Positions 57,860 to 64,000 of a DNA stretch of 64,000 nucleotides are shown in pieces (within the stretch, counting starts at the first letter, position 1; each line of letters opens with the position of its first letter). This DNA comes from Alphaproteobacteria bacterium (GTDB lineage Bacteria; Pseudomonadota; Alphaproteobacteria; GCA-2731375). Under the pieces are notes generated by a model. That model was given only the letters and a program-made list of their open reading frames with translations, searched no databases and was not told the DNA's origin. Made by a program: the position numbers and the translations under genes. Where the stretch lies: contig JASLMH010000002.1 in NCBI GenBank assembly GCA_030746635.1, positions 6,348 to 70,347 on the forward strand. Direction: 5' to 3'.

Positions 57860-57967
57860 CGTTCCCCTCCGACACCATTGCTACCGCCAACCATAGATTT
57901 GCAGGACGCCGTCGGATTTCAATGTCTCATCGGCGTATGCTGCGGTGCTACCTGCCCAATCAATGGT

Positions 57968-59407
57968 TCAGCCCGCCGTCGATTCCTCGAGACTGACCCG
58001 GCGCAGGTATTTCTTGCCGATCCTCAGGGCCTTGGCAGGGAAGTGTTCGGCCAGCAGGCCGATGCCGTAAAGCAGGTATTCGCCGTCGACATAGGCGTTT
58101 GGCGCCGTCGGCTTGAGGCTCCAGGGATTTGTCGGGCTGAACAGGGCCGCCTGCAATATTTTCTCGGGATGGCGGCCGTATTTGAAGATGCCGCCGGTGC
58201 CGATCAGGTTTTTCGTATCCAGCAGGTTCTTGCCCTGCTGCACCTGGATCGCCCCCACGACGCTGTATTCCTGGCGGAGCGTGCCGGCGTGCCGCTCGAC
58301 CGCGATGGTCGTGGCCGACTGGGCGAGCATGGCATCGATGCTGAATTCGACCTCGCCGGCGGGAATGTAGCCGACATCCTCCGACAGGGCCCGGGCATGG
58401 GCTTGCAGATCCATCGACTGGCCGGCCGCCGATGGGTCGAGTTCCGCCAGTCTGGCCTGGCAGGTCTCCTCGCCGACCATGTCGTGGATCGACGGCGCGT
58501 TGTACCTGATGCCCAGATCGCCTTCCACGGTGCGCTTCACCCTGGCTTCGGGCAGTCCCTTGACGATGGTCTGGGCATCGCTGGGACGGCCGTCGTCCAC
58601 CGAATGGACGTTGGTGGTGGCGCCGCCGACTTCGACCACCAGCAGACTCCCCAGGCCCGGTTCGTCATCGCTGCCGTCGGCCAGCAGGGCGGCCGCGTGC
58701 AGCGTTGCCATGGGCGTCGGCACGATGTCCCGGCCGGTGAAGTCCCGCGCCTTGCTCAACCCCTTCGCGTCGGTGATCCGCGTGATGAAGATGTCGCGGA
58801 TCAGGTCCTGCGCCGGTTCGACCTCCACCTTGTCCAGGCTGGGCAGGACGTTCCTGGCCGTCGCCACGGTTTTTCCCGCCGCTTGCAGGATCTCCCGTAC
58901 CTGGCCGGTGACCACCCGGTTGCCGGCGACCAGTATCGGGCAATCGATCGTCGAGCCGGCAAGCATGCGGGCATTGTGGATAATCACCGCCTTGTCGCCG
59001 CCGTCGGTGCCGCCGGTGAGCAGGATGATGTCGCAGGACGCCCCTTCGACTTCGCCGATGATCTCCCGGTCGACCTCGAAACCATGGGCGCAAACCACCT
59101 TGGCGCCGGCGCCCAGGGCGGCCCTTCGCGCCGCCTCCAGCGTCAAATCGGGGACCAGGCCGATGGCCGCCATGCGCAGCCCGCCGGCGGCGCTGGAGGA
59201 GGCGTATTTGCCTTGGACGTCCCCCTCGTCGAAGCCGCAGTCGCGGCTGAGATCGGCCAGGGCGTTGTCCAGCCCGATGGTGATGTCATGCTCGATGGTG
59301 GTCAGGGCCTGGGCCCGTCCCAGGACCTCTTCCCGTTCCAGATCGACGGCGATGATCTTCGTATAGGTGCTCCCGAAATCGATCAGCAGGTGGATATCCA
59401 TGGTCAT
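57968..59407 (-). CDS. glmL: glutamate mutase accessory/reactivase-like protein GlmL (ASKHA fold)
   Basis: N-terminal LLIDFGSTYTKIIAVDL actin-like ATPase motif, about 479 aa, sitting next to a glmS-like gene. Confidence 0.7.
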   Translation of the reverse strand: MTMDIHLLIDFGSTYTKIIAVDLEREEVLGRAQALTTIEHDITIGLDNALADLSRDCGFDEGDVQGKYASSSAAGGLRMAAIGLVPDLTLEAARRAALGAGAKVVCAHGFEVDREIIGEVEGASCDIILLTGGTDGGDKAVIIHNARMLAGSTIDCPILVAGNRVVTGQVREILQAAGKTVATARNVLPSLDKVEVEPAQDLIRDIFITRITDAKGLSKARDFTGRDIVPTPMATLHAAALLADGSDDEPGLGSLLVVEVGGATTNVHSVDDGRPSDAQTIVKGLPEARVKRTVEGDLGIRYNAPSIHDMVGEETCQARLAELDPSAAGQSMDLQAHARALSEDVGYIPAGEVEFSIDAMLAQSATTIAVERHAGTLRQEYSVVGAIQVQQGKNLLDTKNLIGTGGIFKYGRHPEKILQAALFSPTNPWSLKPTAPNAYVDGEYLLYGIGLLAEHFPAKALRIGKKYLRRVSLEESTAG

Positions 59408-59421
59408 CGCCTGCCGTGCAT

Positions 59422-59847
59422 TCAGTCGTTCATGCCCAGATCGCCTTTGAGCGCCGCGATCACCTCCGTCACTTTCACCGTGTTGGGATAGACCCGGTCA
59501 AAGCCCATGTCGCCGAACCTCTGTTCGATGGCCGGCCAATTCCTCTCCAGTTCCAGCGGCGCCGCCAGGGTCCCGCCGGCATAAAGAAGGATGTCCTTGA
59601 GCCCCGCCTCGATGCATTTGTCCCGCAGGCCCTCGCAGTCCAGAATCCCCATGCCGTACATCGAGGAAACCAAAATGGCATCGGCGTTGGTTTCGATGGC
59701 GGCATTGACGAAATCCTCCTGCGGCACCACGGCGCCCAGGAAGGTGACCTCGAATCCGGCTTCCGTGAGGGCCTTCTGCAGGACCCAGGCGCCGATCATA
59801 TGGGCATCGGCCCCGATGGTGCCGATGACGATGTTTCCACTCAACAT
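59422..59847 (-). CDS. glmS: methylaspartate (glutamate) mutase S subunit, B12-binding
   Basis: From MLSGNIVIGTIGADAHMIGAWVL; DxHxxG B12-binding motif. Strong end-to-end resemblance to clostridial GlmS (...EDFVNAAIETNADAILVSSMYGMG..DCEGLRDKC.EAGLK....GG....WPAIEQRF.DMGFDRVYP). GAGAGG SD; the track start at 59883 lacks an SD. Confidence 0.8.
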   Translation of the reverse strand: MLSGNIVIGTIGADAHMIGAWVLQKALTEAGFEVTFLGAVVPQEDFVNAAIETNADAILVSSMYGMGILDCEGLRDKCIEAGLKDILLYAGGTLAAPLELERNWPAIEQRFGDMGFDRVYPNTVKVTEVIAALKGDLGMND

Positions 59848-59875
59848 GTCGGCCTCTCGATGTTTCGCCGGGTCC

Positions 59876-61402
59876 TTAGCCATCGCCCAACGCCTGGCCC
59901 TCGGCGGCCAGGCTGGCCGCCATTTCGGCGAGGTTCCGCTGATCCACCTTGTCGCCGACGGTCGGCAGCGCCTCGAGGATAATCAGCCGCTCGGGCACCT
60001 TATAGTAGGCAAAACCCTGGTCCAGGAGATACCGGCGCAGGGGCTCGAGCTCGACGGTGCGGCCGGTCTTGGGAACCACGCAGGCGCAGACCCGTTCGCC
60101 CAGGATCGGGTCGGGCACGGGCACCACCGCCACCTGGTCGATATCCAAATGGGTCCGCAGCAAGGTCTCGATCTCGACCGGGATCACCTTCTCGCCGCCC
60201 CGCACGATGACGTTCTTCATCCGTCCGATGATCGAATAGTTGCCTTGATCATCCAGGCGCGCCAGATCGCCGGTCTGAAACCAGCCGTCGATCCAGCTGT
60301 CGTGGCCCGCGGCGCCCAGATAGCCGCCGGCGCAGCACGGACCGCGACCGATCAAGTGGCCGGTTTCACCCTTGGGCACGTCCGCGCCATCGGCATCGAC
60401 GAGGCGGAATTCGGTGCCGCCGCGGGGCTTGCCGACGGTGCGCCGGCGAACCTCCGGCGGATCGGCGGGTAGGGCGCAGGCCCAGCCACCGAAATCCGCG
60501 CCGCCATAGGTGGAGACGACGGGTGCGCCAGTGGCGGTCTCGAGCTCCTCGGCCAGGGAGGCGGGCATCACCGCACCCGAGGTGTACCAAATGCGGACGC
60601 TGGCGGTGCCGACGCCATCGAGGCCGGGCGCCAGCATGGCCAACTGGGCCGGCGTGGCGCAGACCAGGCTTGGCCCCTCGCTCTCGATCAGTTCCAGCGC
60701 CCGCTCGGTCGAGAAAATCGGCATGGTGACGATACTGGCGCCGATCATGGGCGCCCCCAGCCAGGCCGGCCGGGCCGGGCCGGCGCCGTGCGAGAGGACC
60801 AGGAAGGTGTCCTCCGGCCGCAAATCCAGGATTTCGATCTGCGCCTCGGCGCGCCGGCTGGCGGCCTCGCCGGTGTAGTGGGCGATCTTCGGAATGCCCT
60901 CCGATCCCGACGTCGCCAGCGCATGGACCATCTCGCCCAAGCCCAGCGCCGCCGCCGGCTCCGGTCGCGGTCCTTCGAGACTGGGAAGCCTCTCTTCCGG
61001 TAGTGTCAGCCGTTCCGGCGGCTGCTCCAGGCGGCCGCGGATCTCGGCGCATTCGGCGGCGTAATCGCGGCCGCGGAACTGCCCCTTGGAAATCAGCAGG
61101 GCCGGGCCGGTGCTTTCGAGGATGGCCGTCAATTCCCGCATGCCCTGGCTGGCCGGCACGGGAATAAAGGGGTGTCCGCCACGTTCGCAGGCGAAGCGCA
61201 GCAGGTTCCATTCGACGCAATTGGGCAACCAGGCGACGATGGGCCGGCCGCGGGCGAAACCTTGCGTCGACAACCAGCCGGCGGTGGCGTCCATCCAGGC
61301 GGCGGTCTGCCCCCAGGAGAGCCGGAAGCGGTCGTCGGCGAGCGCCGGGGCGGCGGGCCGCTCGAAGCCGTGTCGGGCGACCGCCGCCGTGATGGTCTCC
61401 AT
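59876..61402 (-). CDS. AMP-dependent synthetase/ligase (acyl/aryl-CoA ligase family)
   Basis: Start METITAAV (ATG 61402); its ATG overlaps the upstream gene's TGA by 1 nt (TGATG). SGSEGIPK (degenerate AMP motif), YGGADFGG and GEKV lysine-region motifs. The track ORF's 45 aa N-terminal extension overlaps the neighbouring gene. Confidence 0.8.
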   Translation of the reverse strand: METITAAVARHGFERPAAPALADDRFRLSWGQTAAWMDATAGWLSTQGFARGRPIVAWLPNCVEWNLLRFACERGGHPFIPVPASQGMRELTAILESTGPALLISKGQFRGRDYAAECAEIRGRLEQPPERLTLPEERLPSLEGPRPEPAAALGLGEMVHALATSGSEGIPKIAHYTGEAASRRAEAQIEILDLRPEDTFLVLSHGAGPARPAWLGAPMIGASIVTMPIFSTERALELIESEGPSLVCATPAQLAMLAPGLDGVGTASVRIWYTSGAVMPASLAEELETATGAPVVSTYGGADFGGWACALPADPPEVRRRTVGKPRGGTEFRLVDADGADVPKGETGHLIGRGPCCAGGYLGAAGHDSWIDGWFQTGDLARLDDQGNYSIIGRMKNVIVRGGEKVIPVEIETLLRTHLDIDQVAVVPVPDPILGERVCACVVPKTGRTVELEPLRRYLLDQGFAYYKVPERLIILEALPTVGDKVDQRNLAEMAASLAAEGQALGDG

Positions 61403-61701
61403 CAGTCTTTTTCCAGCGCCTCCAGCACGGTGAAATAGTCGCTGTAGGGTGGCGCGTCGAAAATCGGCGGCAGTTCCTCGACGATGCGCACGCTGCAGGG
61501 CTCGGTATCCCGGGCGCCGACCACCGAACGCAACCACAACAGCGGCTCGCCCGCGAGGGGCGTTTCGGAAATAACCGCACGCACGGCGATACCCCGATAC
61601 TTGTGCCGCCCCGGCGTCAGGTCGCGAAGGGTCAGCACCACCTCACGGCCCGAAACGGCGCGCTGGCGATCACGGACGAATGCCTCGTATTCCTGTGCCA
61701 T
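61402..61701 (-). CDS. small hypothetical protein (99 aa) translationally coupled between UbiD-like and ligase genes
   Basis: Start MAQEYEAFV with TAGGAGC SD, 11 nt after the UbiD-like stop. Its stop overlaps the ligase ATG. No recognisable motif. Confidence 0.5.
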   Translation of the reverse strand: MAQEYEAFVRDRQRAVSGREVVLTLRDLTPGRHKYRGIAVRAVISETPLAGEPLLWLRSVVGARDTEPCSVRIVEELPPIFDAPPYSDYFTVLEALEKD

Positions 61702-61712
61702 GTCCTGCGCTC

Positions 61713-63134
61713 CTACAGTCCCAGCTTCCGCCAACGCGCGTTCACGCGATCCTGAACATCCTGGGAATACATCGAATCCAGGGTCGCGCGGACCGGTGTC
61801 GTCTCGGCCGGCCAGTCCGGCGGCCAGGTGGCGTCGAACGCGACACTGGCCCCCAGCTTACCCAGCCGCTCCTCCTGGCTGTAGGCGGGGGTCAGGGCGT
61901 TGGCCCGGCCCTCGTAACGATGAATGTGGGTGCCGCGGTCGGGGTGGCATTTGGTGGAGAAAGCGTGGATTACCGCGGACTGGTTGAAGACGTCCACATC
62001 GTCGTCGACGACGATGATCTTGGACATCAGGGCGCGTCGCGCGGTTAGGACTTCGACCACCTGGCGGGCAACCTCGGGGCCGCCCCGGCTGACCGAAACG
62101 ATCGCCATATGGACGCCGCTTTCCGGCGGAATGTAGACCTCGGACACCGGCACCCCGTGCCGTTCCAGACGCCGGCGGATGGCGATGGCGCCCGAGATCG
62201 AAGTCGTCACGGCGCTGGAATCCATGAAGCCGGTGGTGTCGATCGTAAAGATCGGATCGCGGCGGTGGGTGATGGCCGTCACCCGAGCGCAGACGGAATT
62301 GCCCATCTCGCCGCTGCGATAGCCCGGATATTCGCCGTACGGTCCTTCCTGGGCGATCTTGTCGGGATAGATCTCGGCCTCGACGACGATCTCGGCGGAG
62401 GCCGGGACATAAAGGTCCGAGGTCTCGCACTTGATCAATTCCACCGGACTTTCGCCCAAGCCGCCGGCCAGTTCGACCTCGTCGCCGCCGATGCGGAAGG
62501 TCGCCGTGGAGCTCAAATGGCTGGGCTGGTCGGTGCCGATGGCGATGGCGATCGGCATCACTTCGCCCTTTGGCGCGTAGCCGTCCAGCAGCATCTTGCC
62601 CAAGTGACTGGTCGGCCGTGGATAGCCGGTCATGTGGCGTTCGTCGTGGATCATGAAGCGATACATGCCCCAGTTCACCCAGCCGCTGTCGCGGTCCTTG
62701 GAGACCACCAGATCCCAGGTGCCCAGATAGCGGCCGCCATCGCCGTCATGCACCATGGGCACCGGCAAATCGAAAAGATCGATCTCATCCCGCGGGATGA
62801 TCACTTCCTTGCAGGCTGAATCGTTGACCAGGATCGGCGGGATGGGGTTCTGCTCGCGCTCGGCATAGATCCTGTAGAGTTCGCGTATCGGCGTATCGGC
62901 GGGCAGGCCCAGCGCCACGGCATAGCGCCGCCAGCCGGTCACCGGGTTGGCGAGTACCCGCCAGCCGGCATAGTCCTTGACGTTGTTGAACATGAAGGCG
63001 GGGCCGTCGCGCTCGCAACTGAGGCGCCCGATGCCGGCCAACTCCTGGTCCCAATCCACTTCGTCGTCGATGGTCACCAGGTCGCGACTGGCCGCCAACG
63101 CCTCGGTGAACTCCCTGAGATCCTTATGTGCCAT
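61713..63134 (-). CDS. UbiD-family (prFMN-dependent) reversible decarboxylase
   Basis: 473 aa. MAHKDLREFTEAL N-terminus and the EGPYGEYPGY motif (compare UbiD EGPYGDHTGY); UbiD-fold pattern throughout. AAGGAGG SD. Confidence 0.85.
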   Translation of the reverse strand: MAHKDLREFTEALAASRDLVTIDDEVDWDQELAGIGRLSCERDGPAFMFNNVKDYAGWRVLANPVTGWRRYAVALGLPADTPIRELYRIYAEREQNPIPPILVNDSACKEVIIPRDEIDLFDLPVPMVHDGDGGRYLGTWDLVVSKDRDSGWVNWGMYRFMIHDERHMTGYPRPTSHLGKMLLDGYAPKGEVMPIAIAIGTDQPSHLSSTATFRIGGDEVELAGGLGESPVELIKCETSDLYVPASAEIVVEAEIYPDKIAQEGPYGEYPGYRSGEMGNSVCARVTAITHRRDPIFTIDTTGFMDSSAVTTSISGAIAIRRRLERHGVPVSEVYIPPESGVHMAIVSVSRGGPEVARQVVEVLTARRALMSKIIVVDDDVDVFNQSAVIHAFSTKCHPDRGTHIHRYEGRANALTPAYSQEERLGKLGASVAFDATWPPDWPAETTPVRATLDSMYSQDVQDRVNARWRKLGL

Positions 63135-63236
63135 GTTTCGCCTTTCCTCCTTGGCCGGGAACGTTGTTGTTTCCCGAATTGTGTACGAATTGCTCGAAAG
63201 AAGACACTTGTCCCGGCTGGCGGCGGGCGATGACCC

Positions 63237-64000
63237 TCACGGCAGGATCGAGGCGAACTGGATATCTTCGACCACCATGTCGAAGTCCGCCTGGCGGCCG
63301 TCGCGCTGCTCGCGCTCGGCGATCTTTTCGCGATGGTAGTCCTTCACCTCCCTGGGCAGGGGGATATCGCCGGTCTCCAGATAGCGGACGGCGTTTTCCG
63401 CATCCCGTACCAGCAGGACCTTGCCGTTGCTGTGCTTCCACGGCGTCACCATGGTATCGACCCAGCCGGCCTCGACGCCGGCGCACAGACCGATGGCGAT
63501 GTCGCCGTCGCCGATCTCCAGGCATTTCTCCATCAGCGTCCTGACCTCCAACTCGATCATCGCCTCTTCCTGACGGAGTTCGTCGTTATCGGGCAGCTTC
63601 TGGGTGCTCATCAGGGTCAGCATGTGCCGCGCCAGCCTGACCGACTTCGCCATGCCTTCCTTGGTCGGCGTGGCCAGTGCCTCGTCCTGGCATTTCAGGA
63701 TGACGCCCGGGAAGCCGCCCATCACCGGAATGATGGTATTCCAGGCGATCATCGCGTTGGCTTCCTCCTCGCCGGGCGCCCAGGCGCCCAGGAAGGGGAA
63801 ACTGCCGGTGAAGAACTCGACGTCGGCGTAGCCGAAGCGCCGGCAGTATTCGTAACAGAGCCTCTCGGTGACCCGGATCATGGCGATGTCCTGCACCAGG
63901 TTCATGTTCAGGCCGTGGGAGAGGAACTGATATTTCACGCCCTGTTCGGCCGCCAGCAGGGCCTCCGAGACATGCACGAAGCAGTGGAAGCCGGCGCTGT
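63237..64000 (-). CDS. glmE: methylaspartate (glutamate) mutase E subunit, C-terminal part (N-terminus beyond window edge)
   Basis: TEALLAAEQGVK and the C-terminal ...AGVEAGWVDTMVTPWKHSNGKVLLVRDAENAVRYLETGDIPLPREVKDYHREKIAEREQRDGRQADFDMVVEDIQFAS match the C-terminus of clostridial GlmE as recalled from memory. The frame stays open to the window end. Confidence 0.65.
   Translation of the reverse strand, partial: SAGFHCFVHVSEALLAAEQGVKYQFLSHGLNMNLVQDIAMIRVTERLCYEYCRRFGYADVEFFTGSFPFLGAWAPGEEEANAMIAWNTIIPVMGGFPGVILKCQDEALATPTKEGMAKSVRLARHMLTLMSTQKLPDNDELRQEEAMIELEVRTLMEKCLEIGDGDIAIGLCAGVEAGWVDTMVTPWKHSNGKVLLVRDAENAVRYLETGDIPLPREVKDYHREKIAEREQRDGRQADFDMVVEDIQFASILP

Noticed and set aside
57686-59491. 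601-aa plus-strand ORF opposite glmL
   Set aside because: Antisense shadow; the glmL reading has the ASKHA N-terminal motif and correct genomic context.

Overview
This is a high-GC (about 65-67% by eye) alphaproteobacterial, Rhodospirillales-like chromosomal segment, densely coded on both strands. Housekeeping content includes a pur cluster (purB, a DUF1476 zeta-like gene, purC, purS, purQ, purL), cysS, a LeuA-family synthase, a SpoU methyltransferase and rpsD with a recognisable promoter and terminator. Also present are grxD, bolA, ilvE, a ChvI/ChvG-like OmpR/EnvZ pair, a CsaA-type tRNA-binding protein and cobU. The accessory content is more striking.

- **PEP-CTERM proteins:** three secreted proteins carry PEP-CTERM exosortase sorting tails, one a metzincin protease and one a fibro-slime domain protein. 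Two of the three lie behind near-consensus sigma-54 (-24/-12) promoters.
- **Palindromic repeats:** a MITE-like palindromic repeat family has three copies. One copy supplies the last codons and stop of a xanthine-dehydrogenase-family gene. Two copies flank a lower-GC 2.8 kb cassette containing a wHTH-TPR regulator and a secreted ankyrin protein.
- **Carboxyltransferases:** two tandem, roughly 90% identical acyl-CoA carboxylase carboxyltransferase genes sit upstream of an MFS transporter, a Tat-exported aldo/keto reductase with a ferredoxin-like tail and a hydrolase. A third carboxyltransferase gene lies convergent to them.
- **Signalling module:** a membrane multi-PAS histidine kinase is followed by a CheY-like receiver and a receiver fused to a class III nucleotidyl cyclase.
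- **Orphan regulator:** an OmpR-type DNA-binding-domain-only protein sits beside a perfect AT-rich 9-6-9 palindrome.
- **B12 mutase cluster (strongest candidate for an undescribed system):** a tightly coupled minus-strand run of glmE (partial), a UbiD-family decarboxylase, a small unknown protein, an AMP-dependent CoA ligase, glmS and glmL. Glutamate mutase genes are interleaved with a UbiD decarboxylase and a CoA ligase. This suggests a route from glutamate through 3-methylaspartate and mesaconate to decarboxylation and CoA activation.

No rRNA, CRISPR array or convincing tRNA was seen by eye. Many long ORFs in the track are antisense shadow ORFs typical of high-GC DNA and were rejected.
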